Positions 1-8,525 of a stretch of DNA of 43,812 nucleotides are shown in pieces; position 1 is the first letter of the stretch, and every line of letters begins with the position of its first letter. Position numbers and translations under genes: made by a program. The notes beneath the pieces were generated by a model. The model was not told the DNA's origin and made no database searches. It worked only from the letters and a program-made list of their open reading frames with translations. Source of the stretch: Campylobacteraceae bacterium (GTDB lineage Bacteria > Campylobacterota > Campylobacteria > Campylobacterales > Sulfurovaceae); assembly GCA_027022775.1 (NCBI GenBank), contig JALVXO010000105.1, forward strand, positions 1-43,812, given 5' to 3'.

Positions 1-107
1 TCATTCTGAGCGTAGCGAAGAATCTCGATAGAACGGCAGTAAATAGATTCTTCGCTTCGCTCAGAATGACGGTTTAGACAAATTTTGTGAACTTTTTGCG
101 CACTCTC
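1..107. repeat. R1 nested palindromic element, copy 1. Its left side is cut by the window edge.
   Basis: Inner inverted arms tcattctgagcgtagcgaagaatc (1-24) and gattcttcgcttcgctcagaatgac (46-70) flank a short loop. The right outer arm is actttttgcgcactctc (91-107). Near-identical copies lie at 24653-24723 and 35683-35753. Confidence 0.85.
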
Positions 108-124
108 AACGGGAATCTAGGGAG

Positions 125-230
125 TTGGTTGATTTGTTAACTGGTATATTGGTTATTGGAAAAGTTTAACCAATATATACCAGTAACAAGTATACCAATA
201 CACCAATAACTAATACACCAAAAGGAGTTT
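125..230. repeat. R2 word-hairpin repeat, copy a. The arms are built from ttggtta-like words and their complement.
   Basis: ctggtatattggtt (141-154) pairs with aaccaatatataccag (168-183). A 28-nt block, tggtatattggttattggaaaagtttaa (142-169), is identical to 21528-21555. A diverged copy lies at 31813-31880. Confidence 0.8.
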
Positions 231-232
231 CT

Positions 233-1021
233 TTGATAAAATCGGTTGCTATAGGCTCTTTTGACGGGGTTCATACAGCGCATAAAAGGCTAATTGGACA
301 GGCTGACGGGGTTGTTGTTATAGAGCGCGGCTTTGCATCTTTAACGCCTGGCTGGAAGCGCAGTATATATACCGGCAAGCCGACATTTTTTTACCTTTTT
401 GAAAAGGTTAAAAATCTGACACCAAAAGAGTTTATCGAAAAACTGCAGAGCGATTTTCCCTCTCTTGAGCAAATTGTAGTAGGTTACGATTTTGAATATG
501 GCAAAAACCGAAGCGGAAATATTAATACCTTAAAAAGCGACTTTAAAGGCAAAGTTATAGTTGTTGATGAGGTTAAAATAGACGGTATTTCGGTTCATTC
601 AAGAGTAATTAGGAAGCTGCTAGAAAATAGCAATCTGGATTTGGCAAACAGACTGCTTGGGCGAAATTATGCAATAGACGGAGCGTTGATTAAAGGACAG
701 GGGGTAGGAAGCAAAGAGCTGGTGCCCACTATCAATTTGCAAACAATTAATTACACCCTGCCAAAAGGGGTCTTTGCAACCAATACAATAATAGAGGGCA
801 AAAGATACAAATCGGTAAGCTTTATCGGTCACAGACTCTCTACAGACAGCTCTTTTGCCGTAGAGACACACATTATAGAAAACTTTAACGACAGCTTTAA
901 CCGCTATAAACCGATTTGGATAGAGTTTAAAAAATTCATACGCGAAAATGGAAAGTTCGACTCTTTAAAAGGGTTAAAAGAGCAGATTTTAATGGATATC
1001 AGCAAAGCAAAATCAGTATAA
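233..1021 (+). CDS. ribF: Bifunctional riboflavin kinase / FAD synthetase
   Basis: 262-aa ORF with a TTG start 5 nt after AAGGAG (222-227). The N-terminus reads IGSFDGVHTAHKRLI (the nucleotidyltransferase HxGH-like motif). The C-terminal riboflavin kinase part has GxGxGSKELVPTINL and a FAVETHI block. Confidence 0.85.
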   Translation: MIKSVAIGSFDGVHTAHKRLIGQADGVVVIERGFASLTPGWKRSIYTGKPTFFYLFEKVKNLTPKEFIEKLQSDFPSLEQIVVGYDFEYGKNRSGNINTLKSDFKGKVIVVDEVKIDGISVHSRVIRKLLENSNLDLANRLLGRNYAIDGALIKGQGVGSKELVPTINLQTINYTLPKGVFATNTIIEGKRYKSVSFIGHRLSTDSSFAVETHIIENFNDSFNRYKPIWIEFKKFIRENGKFDSLKGLKEQILMDISKAKSV

Positions 1022-2074
1022 CTTTTCTAAAAAGTTTAAAATTTCCGGAATGTATCTGTCTGATTGATTCTCTTCTATAGTGTAACTTTTTTTGACTCTT
1101 CCGGTATCACGGTTTTTGGTTATATTTTCTTTTACACTTCCTACTGTAAATTTTGAATATTTTATACTGTTTTTAAAATGTGAATTTAAAAGCTTTTCTA
1201 TGCCTCTGTATAAATTTTTGCTCTTTTCTATCTCTTTATGGCTTTTAGAGTCTATTAAATCTATTTTAGTAAATATAAAAAGTATAGGTTTTTTGTAGCC
1301 GGTTCTTATTAAATACTCTATATAATCTCTTAAAAATTCTAAATCTTTTAAACTGCTTCCTTTTACAGGAGCGGTTATAATCAGACAGTCGCTGCTTTCA
1401 AAAAAATTTTTTATTTTAATATCCAATGATGAGCCTGAAGTCTCTACAAAATCAAATTTTTTTAACTCTTCGCCGCTTACTTCACAAAAATCAAATTTAT
1501 AATTTGCCAGATACTCTTTTTCAATTTCTTCTTCTACCTCTTTAAATTCTGGTTTATACTCTTTTTGAACAGTATCAAATATTTGCAAATCGTTTATAGC
1601 TTTTACTATTTTATTCATAGGTTTAGGTTTTTGCTGGCTGTTTTTAACTTCCACTTTTCTTTTTACTTTTACTTTCTCTTTTTTATACTTTTCATAAGAT
1701 AGAATTAAATTTATGCAGTTTTTGTCGGAAGGTGGCGGGAATTTGTTGCTATAAAAACTCTGAATCAGTTTCCGCATTAATGCAACGCTTTGCGCATTAT
1801 TCAGCGGATCTCTTCTTAAAGTGCTTTCACTGCCAGAATCTATATATTTTATAATAGAAGCTAAAAGAGTGCTTTTGCCTGATTTAGGAAGCCCAAATAT
1901 AAAAACTTTTTTTATGTTATCTTTACTGCTTTGTTCGCTGCTGCTTTTACCGGCATCTTTTTTCTCCGGTGCGCTTTTTATAATTTTTACCGGTGTTTCA
2001 AATTGAGAAAGAAACTTTATAAGCTCATCTATCTTTTTCTTTAAATTTTTGAAATATTTTGTTATAAACTGCAT
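1013..2074 (-). CDS. Orphan P-loop GTPase-like protein of unknown function
   Basis: 353-aa ORF with a Walker A/G1 motif GLPKSGKST, a G4-like FTKIDL ([NT]KxD), and a Lys/Glu-rich insert between them. Spot counts give about 25-30% GC. It converges on ribF with a 9-nt overlap. Confidence 0.6.
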   Translation of the reverse strand: MQFITKYFKNLKKKIDELIKFLSQFETPVKIIKSAPEKKDAGKSSSEQSSKDNIKKVFIFGLPKSGKSTLLASIIKYIDSGSESTLRRDPLNNAQSVALMRKLIQSFYSNKFPPPSDKNCINLILSYEKYKKEKVKVKRKVEVKNSQQKPKPMNKIVKAINDLQIFDTVQKEYKPEFKEVEEEIEKEYLANYKFDFCEVSGEELKKFDFVETSGSSLDIKIKNFFESSDCLIITAPVKGSSLKDLEFLRDYIEYLIRTGYKKPILFIFTKIDLIDSKSHKEIEKSKNLYRGIEKLLNSHFKNSIKYSKFTVGSVKENITKNRDTGRVKKSYTIEENQSDRYIPEILNFLEKLY

Positions 2075-2142
2075 AAAGGCAACCTTGCAAAACTTTATAC
2101 TATTATATCAAAATGGAGTTAAAATAATGCAGCTTAAAGAAG

Positions 2143-2232
2143 TGGCGGACAGGGAGGGATTCGAACCCTCGGTACCCTTTCGAGTACGCACCCTTAGCAG
2201 GGGTGTGGTTTCAGCCACTCACCCACCTGTCC
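2143..2232 (-). tRNA. tRNA-Ser (anticodon GCU)
   Basis: The reverse complement reads GGACAGG...CACCC-CTGCTAA-GGGTG...GGTTCGAATCC...CCTGTCC-G-CCA. It has a 7-bp acceptor stem, a long variable arm, a T-loop GTTCGAATC and an encoded CCA. Confidence 0.92.
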
Positions 2233-2349
2233 AACTGGTTAGTGGGCGTAATTTTACACAAGCTTAACTTAAAAAAATATTAAATAGCCTGTAAATACCA
2301 ATAAATAGCAATTTTTTGATAAAATAAACAAAAAATTAAGGAATATGCT

Positions 2350-3540
2350 GTGTCTGTATTGTTTAAAGAAGCTTTAAATTTGGCATTGAAAAGTTGCGAA
2401 ACAGTTAAAGAAACCGAAACAGTTGAGCTTTGGAACGCTTTAGGCAGAGTGCTCGCAGAAGATGTAGTTAGTGTAAAAAATTTGCCTGCATTCAACAACT
2501 CTGCAATGGATGGATACGCTTTTAAATATGAAGAGATTAACTTCCCTTTAAAGATAGTCAAAACGGTTTTTGCAGGTGATTTAGCTGAAGCTGTTTTAAA
2601 AAAGGGTGAATGTTATAAAATAATGACCGGCGCAAAACTGCCAAGCGATGCCGATACAGTTGCCCAAAAAGAGATATGCGAAGTAAATGACGGATATGTT
2701 AAAATAGTGCAAAATATAAAAAAAGGCAATGCGGTCAGATTAAAAGGAGAAGAGCAAAAAAAAGGCACTGTTTTATTAAAAAAAGGCGAACTGCTTACGC
2801 CTGATAGAATTGGGCTTTTGGCTTCTCAGGGAGTTTTTAAAATAGAAGTTTTTAAAAAACTAAAAATTGCTGTGCTCTCTACCGGCAGTGAGTTAAAAGA
2901 GCCGTGGGAAGAGGCAAAAGAGGATGAAATTTACAATATAAACGGAATAAACATAGTAATGCTGCTTAAAAACTTCAGATTTCCAGCCGATTATCTGGGT
3001 GCATTGCCAGACAGCCTGGAACAGACAGTTGAAAAAATTGCAGCTTTAAAAGATTACGATTTAATAATTACAAGCGGAGGCATTAGCACTGGAGATGCCG
3101 ATTTTGTTAAAACAGCATTTTTAAAAAACGGATTAAAAGAGCTCTTTCACGGTGTTAAAGTCAAGCCGGGACACCCTACAATGATGGGCATTATGGGCAA
3201 AACATTTGTAATGGCTATGCCTGGCAATCCGCTGGCAGCCATTTTAAATATTATGTTTTTATCAATGCCTGTAATTTTAAAAATGCAGGGGGCTGAAAAT
3301 TTTGAATTTAAAAAGATAACAGCAAAAAATGCAGAAGAGTTAAAACTTAAACCCGGCCGTGTAAATATAATTTTAGGTAATATCAAAGATGGCAGATTTT
3401 ATGCTTATAATCGGGGGAAATACGGCTCGGGAATGGTAACGCCCCTGGTAAACAGCAGCTATGCGGTTCTTTTTGATGAAAAGCAAAGTTTAATAAAAGA
3501 AGGAGAAGAGATAAAAGCCATTAGGCTATATTGCTTATAA
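2350..3540 (+). CDS. moeA: Molybdopterin molybdenumtransferase
   Basis: 396 aa with a GTG start after AAGGAA. Motifs: FNNSAMDGYAF, TGSEL, SGGISTGDADF, PGNPLAA. Confidence 0.9.
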   Translation: MSVLFKEALNLALKSCETVKETETVELWNALGRVLAEDVVSVKNLPAFNNSAMDGYAFKYEEINFPLKIVKTVFAGDLAEAVLKKGECYKIMTGAKLPSDADTVAQKEICEVNDGYVKIVQNIKKGNAVRLKGEEQKKGTVLLKKGELLTPDRIGLLASQGVFKIEVFKKLKIAVLSTGSELKEPWEEAKEDEIYNINGINIVMLLKNFRFPADYLGALPDSLEQTVEKIAALKDYDLIITSGGISTGDADFVKTAFLKNGLKELFHGVKVKPGHPTMMGIMGKTFVMAMPGNPLAAILNIMFLSMPVILKMQGAENFEFKKITAKNAEELKLKPGRVNIILGNIKDGRFYAYNRGKYGSGMVTPLVNSSYAVLFDEKQSLIKEGEEIKAIRLYCL

Positions 3541-3579
3541 AAATAGTTAAAACAGGGGGCAGCGTTTTGCCGCCTTCTG

Positions 3580-4461
3580 TTAAATTAAATCTGTAGCTTT
3601 TGTTACATTGTATTTTAAACCTATCTCTTCAGCAGTGCAGCCTAGAGCTAGGGCTATCATTTGAGGCAGGTGCAATACAGGCAGTTCTATGTCGCGGCCT
3701 AGCTGTTTGCCGGCGCTGTCTTGTTTTAAATCCATATTTAGCTGGCAAAGCGGACATGGGGTTACCATTAAGTCGGCGTTGTTGTCTATTGCGTCAAGAA
3801 GGGCAGTTCCGCTTAATGCGTTACTTGTTTTTGGCGCCTGCAAATCAACATGGAAACCGCAGCATTTGTTTTTGCTTTCGTAATCTACGCTGTTACCCTC
3901 TAAAGCTTCGATTAGGTTATCTAGCGAAGTTGGAACATAAGGGTTTTCGCCGCCGTTTACTTCATGATGCAATTCACTTGGGCGGATATTGTGGCATCCA
4001 TAAAATGGTGCAATATTAAAGTGGCTTAACGGCACTTGAACTTTTTCTCTAATATTGTCTAAACCGTAATCTTCGATTAAAACATACTGGAAGTGTCTTA
4101 CACGGCTAGTGCCTTTATATTCTAAACCAACCTCTGCCAATTTTTCATTAACTTTTGCTTTCAATTCAGGGTCGCTGTCTAATCTCTCTTTTGTCATTGC
4201 AGTGTTTAATTGACAAGTGTTACAAATAGTAACCATATCAAGCCCGAGCTTCTCTGCGTAACAGATATTTCTGGCATTTAAAACCAATGCAAGAAAATCA
4301 TCAAAATCCTGAAGGTGGCTTGCGCCGCAGCAGCTTGCTTCATCGAGCAAAACAAGCTCTATGCCAAGTTTATTTGCCACTGCCATAGTAGAGGATAGAA
4401 GCTCCGGTGTAGATTCTCTTGCGGTGCAACCCGTATATAATGCATATTTTAACTGACTCAT
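3580..4461 (-). CDS. Succinate dehydrogenase/fumarate reductase third subunit, HdrB-like with two CCG domains (type E enzyme)
   Basis: 293 aa with two Cys-rich CCG motifs (SCCGASH and KCCGFH, plus CPLCQ). It lies immediately downstream of the Fe-S and flavoprotein subunits. Confidence 0.85.
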   Translation of the reverse strand: MSQLKYALYTGCTARESTPELLSSTMAVANKLGIELVLLDEASCCGASHLQDFDDFLALVLNARNICYAEKLGLDMVTICNTCQLNTAMTKERLDSDPELKAKVNEKLAEVGLEYKGTSRVRHFQYVLIEDYGLDNIREKVQVPLSHFNIAPFYGCHNIRPSELHHEVNGGENPYVPTSLDNLIEALEGNSVDYESKNKCCGFHVDLQAPKTSNALSGTALLDAIDNNADLMVTPCPLCQLNMDLKQDSAGKQLGRDIELPVLHLPQMIALALGCTAEEIGLKYNVTKATDLI

Positions 4462-4473
4462 CTTCGCTTCCTT

Positions 4474-5457
4474 TTATAGTTCATTCTTTTGTGAAATTTC
4501 AATAAGTTTTTTAATCTCATCTAAATTCTTGCTTCTTGGCATCTTTTTCTTCATAATATCAAATGGATGCACTTTGCCTGCTTTAATCATTTTCAGAGCT
4601 TCGCTTAAGTGTTTAATTACGCCCAAGCCTTCTGAGTAAAGAACAATATCTTGCTCATCTAGGTAACCGAATTTCTTAATTGAGCGCACAAAACCTTCTG
4701 CGTGTTTGGTTGCAACATTTCTTTTTGCAACACCTTGCTCAAACTGCATATTGTGAAGTTTTGTAATTTTCTCAATAGGATTAACCTCTTTAGGGCACGC
4801 TTCGGCACACTCAAAACACTTAACACAATCCCATACTCCGCTTCCAAGCTCTGCCGTAATTTCAAGTCTCTCTTTGCCTGCATTATCTCTGCTGTCTGCT
4901 GTAAAGCGGTAAGCTGCTGCCAGCGCTGCAGGGCCTAAATAATCTTCGTTAACCTCTATAACAGGGCAGGCGTAGTGGCAAGAGCCGCACTGAATACAGT
5001 AATCAGCATCTAAAATATTTGCAACCTGCTCTTTTGTCATAATATTTTCACTGGTTGGGTGCGGATCAACATCAGCAACAAGATACGGTTTTACCGCAGC
5101 ATGTTTATCCCAGAAGTCCCCTTTGTCGATAATCATATCTTTAATGGCTCTTTTTTGGCTTTGCGGTTCAAACACAAGCTCATCGCCAAAAAGCTCAATA
5201 AGCTCCATTGCATTTTGTTTACAAGATAAAACCGCTTTGCCGTTTACCTTAATTCCGCACGCGCCGCAAATTCCGTGGCGGCAGCTTCTTCTGTAAGAGA
5301 ATGTTCCGTCATGTTCCCATTTAATGCGGTTAAGAAGATCTAGAATAAGTTCATCTTTACCCACTTCCATTTCATATTTTTTATAGTATGGCAGATAGTC
5401 TGTTTCAGCATTAAATCTAAAGGCTTTAATTGTTATTTTTTTCTTATTGCTGCTCAT
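4474..5457 (-). CDS. sdhB: Succinate dehydrogenase/fumarate reductase iron-sulfur subunit
   Basis: Cys clusters CRHGICGAC, CIQCGSCHYACP and CVKCFECAEACP. I place the start at ATG 5457 (MSSNKKK...), which follows AAGGGG and lies 10 nt after the sdhA stop. The longer ORF to 5493 would overlap sdhA. Confidence 0.9.
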   Translation of the reverse strand: MSSNKKKITIKAFRFNAETDYLPYYKKYEMEVGKDELILDLLNRIKWEHDGTFSYRRSCRHGICGACGIKVNGKAVLSCKQNAMELIELFGDELVFEPQSQKRAIKDMIIDKGDFWDKHAAVKPYLVADVDPHPTSENIMTKEQVANILDADYCIQCGSCHYACPVIEVNEDYLGPAALAAAYRFTADSRDNAGKERLEITAELGSGVWDCVKCFECAEACPKEVNPIEKITKLHNMQFEQGVAKRNVATKHAEGFVRSIKKFGYLDEQDIVLYSEGLGVIKHLSEALKMIKAGKVHPFDIMKKKMPRSKNLDEIKKLIEISQKNEL

Positions 5458-5467
5458 TAGTGACCCC

Positions 5468-7189
5468 TTAGTATTTTCTTTCTTGTGGTTCAAACTTGCC
5501 TAAAACAACATCGCCATACTCAATTTCCAGCTCATACTCTCCGCTGAATTTGGCATAAGTGTGTTTTAAGAAGTTTTCATCGTCTCTTTGAGGAAAATCC
5601 TCTCTATAGTGCGCTCCGCGGCTCTCTTTTCTAGCTAGAGCACCCTCTACAATAAATAGCGAGAAGTCTATCATGTGCCCTAGCTCAATAGCCTCTTGCA
5701 AATCTGTATTGTAAGTGTTTGATTTATCATCAATTCTGATATTTTTATATCTTTCATACAGCTCTTTTAATTTCTCTTTTTGGCGCAGAAGAGACTCTTC
5801 GGTTCTAAATACGCCTGCATCCATAGTCATAGATTCCTGAAGCTCTGCACGAAGCTGCGGAACTCTTTCATTACCATTGTTTGTTTTTGTCCAGTTGTAC
5901 TGGTCAACCATTCTTTTTGCATCCTCTTTAGTTGCCGGCTCAAACTCTATTTTATCTAAATCTTCAACCATTGACTGCCCGGCAACCCTTCCAAAGAATA
6001 GAGCTTCTAGCAGAGAGTTTGCACCAAGGCGGTTTGCGCCGTGAACACTTACACAGCTGCACTCTCCGGCAGCATAAAGCCCCTCTACAAGCTCTGTAGG
6101 GCTCTTTTTAACCTGGGTTCTAGTGTTTACCGGAATGCCGCCCATAGAGTAGTGAGCCGTAGCTGCAATCATAATAGGCTCTTTTAACATATCCTGTCCA
6201 AGGAATGTAATAGCCAAATCTCTAAGTTCTGGCAGTTTTGTAAGAATTGTCTCTTTTGGAAGGTGGGTTAAATCGATATAAACCGCATCTTTATTTGGCC
6301 CAACGCCTCTGCCCTGGCGAATCTCTTCCATAATTGCACGGCTTACAACATCGCGCGATGCAAGCTCTAAAGCATTTGGCGCATATTTTTCCATAAAGCG
6401 CTCGCCTTCAGAGTTGTAAAGGCGTCCCCCTTCGCCGCGCGCCGCTTCTGAAATTAAGATACCGCTGCCGCCAAGCCCGCTTGGGTGGAATTGAACAAAC
6501 TCCATATCTTCAAGTGGAAGTCCGCGTCTTGCAAAGATAGAAAGCGCATCTCCTGTGTTAGCATGCGCGTTAGAGTTGATTTTAAACGCTCTTCCGTAAC
6601 CGCCGGTTGCAAACATAGTAACTTTTGCATTAAAAATTGCAGGCTCGCTTGTTCTAATATTGTAAGCAGCAACACCTTTTGCTTTGCCGTTTTCATAAAG
6701 CACATCTGCGCAATACCACTCGTCAAACACTTCAATGCCTGCGCGGAAAGCTTGCTCGTAAATTGTCTGAAGAAGTGTTAAACCTGTTCTGTCTGCCGCA
6801 TAGCAGGCTCTAGGTTTGCTCTGTCCGCCAAACGGTCTGATTGCAATTTTCCCTTCGTCGTCTCTTGAGAAAACTGCTCCCATTCTCTCTGCCCAGCGGA
6901 TTGTTTCAGGCGCTTTGGTGCACATAAGTTCAATCGCATCCTGGTCACCTAAATAGTCGCTTCCCTTTACAGTATCGAACTCATGAAGCTCAGTTGAGTC
7001 ACCTTCGCCCAAAGCTGCATTAATACCCCCTTGCGCAGCGCCGGAGTGGCTGCGAAGCGGATGCAGTTTTGTAATAACTGCTACTCTTTTTCCTGCCTCT
7101 TTTAACTCTTTTGCCGCTGCCAAACCGGCAAGGCCGGCACCTACGATAACAGCATCGTATTCATAAATCTTTACATCTTCTAGCCGCAT
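5468..7189 (-). CDS. sdhA: Succinate dehydrogenase/fumarate reductase flavoprotein subunit, with no signal peptide
   Basis: 573 aa. [10 protein letters not shown] (FAD fold) begins at residue 17. Also present are the [14 protein letters not shown] histidyl-FAD region, HPSG and [10 protein letters not shown]. Confidence 0.95.
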   Translation of the reverse strand: MRLEDVKIYEYDAVIVGAGLAGLAAAKELKEAGKRVAVITKLHPLRSHSGAAQGGINAALGEGDSTELHEFDTVKGSDYLGDQDAIELMCTKAPETIRWAERMGAVFSRDDEGKIAIRPFGGQSKPRACYAADRTGLTLLQTIYEQAFRAGIEVFDEWYCADVLYENGKAKGVAAYNIRTSEPAIFNAKVTMFATGGYGRAFKINSNAHANTGDALSIFARRGLPLEDMEFVQFHPSGLGGSGILISEAARGEGGRLYNSEGERFMEKYAPNALELASRDVVSRAIMEEIRQGRGVGPNKDAVYIDLTHLPKETILTKLPELRDLAITFLGQDMLKEPIMIAATAHYSMGGIPVNTRTQVKKSPTELVEGLYAAGECSCVSVHGANRLGANSLLEALFFGRVAGQSMVEDLDKIEFEPATKEDAKRMVDQYNWTKTNNGNERVPQLRAELQESMTMDAGVFRTEESLLRQKEKLKELYERYKNIRIDDKSNTYNTDLQEAIELGHMIDFSLFIVEGALARKESRGAHYREDFPQRDDENFLKHTYAKFSGEYELEIEYGDVVLGKFEPQERKY

Positions 7190-7352
7190 TCGTTACCCTT
7201 AAAGTAAATTTTGAACAATTATATTACTTAGGATATATAAGAAAGTTTAATACTTGTTTATAATGGTGCAATTTTTCATTAAAGAGTGTTAAATAGTTAC
7301 AGTCGGATTTTTGATATTACTTTTGGTAATTTATTAGATTATTTATGAGTTA

Positions 7353-7368
7353 ATTGGGTATAATTACG
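7353..7368 (+). promoter_or_regulatory. Candidate -10 region (ATTGGGTATAATTACG) for thiL
   Basis: TATAAT sits at 7359-7364, 28 nt before the thiL start. The same 15-mer context recurs upstream of ctc at 11119-11134. Confidence 0.4.
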
Positions 7369-7392
7369 GTAACTTAACAGAGGGGTTTTGCT

Positions 7393-8220
7393 TTGGATTT
7401 AGAGAGTTACTGGATAGATAAAATTAAATCTTCCTATACGGGCGATGATGGTGCTGTTATCGACAAATGGGTCTATGCTATGGATGCATTTTGGGAAGAG
7501 ACCCATTTTAAAAGAGAGTGGATGAGTATGGAGCAGATTGCTTATAAAGCCTTTATAGTAAATCTCTCTGATATGGTTGCAATGAACGCTTCTGTTAAAT
7601 ATATGCTTATTACTCTTGCAATTCCTAAAGATTTGCACCCTTCGCAGCTTGATAGATTAAGCTCAGAGTTTAACAGGCTGGCTAATAAGCACAATATTGA
7701 TATTATCGGCGGAGATACAATAGGCAGCGATAAACTTGGGGTTACAATCACAATGGTAGGCAAATCCAAAAACCCCTTGCGCAGAGATACGGTTAAAGAG
7801 GGAGATTTGCTTGCTTTTACAGGAGATTTAGGAAGTGTAAAAGCCGATTTGCAAAAACTGTTTTTAGGAGAGAGAATAAGCGATAATTCCAAATTTTACC
7901 GCCCGGTTTTAAGAGAAGATTTCGTAAAAGCTGTAACCCCGTGGCTAAGCGGCGGAATGGATATAAGCGACGGGCTTTACTGCGATACAAACAAACTGCT
8001 TAAATGCAACAATTTATATCTGCAAGAGTTAAAAGTAATCCCAAAAGAGCAGGGCGAAAGCGGCGAAGAGTATGAAATGCTAATAGCTTTTGCCCCTGAA
8101 AATTTAAACAGAATAAAAAGAATAGCCAAACTTACCGATACCCCTTTAACGATTTTTGGAAAAACAACCACTAAAAAAACAGATTTTTACCCCTGCAAAT
8201 CGCACCATTTTAGTGATTAG
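7393..8220 (+). CDS. thiL: Thiamine-monophosphate kinase
   Basis: 275 aa with a TTG start after AGAGGGG. AIR-synthase-like motifs: GDDGAVI, NLSDMVAMNA, IGGDT, MDISDGL. Confidence 0.8.
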   Translation: MDLESYWIDKIKSSYTGDDGAVIDKWVYAMDAFWEETHFKREWMSMEQIAYKAFIVNLSDMVAMNASVKYMLITLAIPKDLHPSQLDRLSSEFNRLANKHNIDIIGGDTIGSDKLGVTITMVGKSKNPLRRDTVKEGDLLAFTGDLGSVKADLQKLFLGERISDNSKFYRPVLREDFVKAVTPWLSGGMDISDGLYCDTNKLLKCNNLYLQELKVIPKEQGESGEEYEMLIAFAPENLNRIKRIAKLTDTPLTIFGKTTTKKTDFYPCKSHHFSD

Positions 8221-8269
8221 TGATTGGTTTGTATTATTTAAACCACCCCGCCCCTAATCACTATCCACT
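8211..8269. repeat. Word-hairpin overlapping the thiL stop (gtgatta words and their complement)
   Basis: tagtgattagtgattgg (8211-8227) is roughly complementary to cctaatcactatccacta (8252-8269), at about 14 of 17 positions. The loop contains ccaccccgcccc. Confidence 0.55.
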
Positions 8270-8329
8270 ATTAACTATTCACTTTTTATCAAAAGCGCCA
8301 GCCATAAGAGTTAACACTAAATTTTTATT

Positions 8330-8525
8330 GAACCCTCTGAAAAACTATAAATTGAACGAAAGCTTTATAATTTTAGCAAAAAAATTTTATGTTAGCCGTA
8401 GGCTAAAAAAGAGCACTTAACCCCGAAGGGGCGCTTGCGTTTGCTCTTTTTAATAAAATTTTTTGCGTTCGCGAAGCGAAAAATAAAACTTGCTTGAGTG
8501 AAATTAATGGTTTTTCAGAGGGTTC
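8330..8525. mobile_element. 196-bp MITE-like nested palindrome with perfect 16-bp terminal inverted repeats
   Basis: gaaccctctgaaaaac (8330-8345) is the exact reverse complement of gtttttcagagggttc (8510-8525). Inside are symmetric blocks (gcaaaaaaattttat / ataaaattttttgc; aaaaagagca / tgctcttttt) around a central ccccgaagggg hairpin. There is no ORF. Confidence 0.6.

Noticed and set aside
2049-2267. A 72-aa plus-strand ORF
   Set aside because: It overlaps the antisense strand of tRNA-Ser. The tRNA call explains the conservation-like GC content.
3541-3579. A bidirectional terminator between moeA and the sdh operon
   Set aside because: Only a weak interrupted hairpin (ggcagc-gtttt-gccgcc with a mismatch) is present, and it has no T-run. 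This is too weak to report as a feature.
5468-7189. A Tat signal on the flavoprotein (periplasmic MFR-type enzyme)
   Set aside because: The N-terminus [19 protein letters not shown] goes directly into the FAD fold. No RRxF motif is present and there is no upstream in-frame extension.
8220-8420. A 66-aa plus-strand ORF after thiL
   Set aside because: It spans word-hairpin and MITE-like repeat DNA. It has no RBS and an implausible composition.
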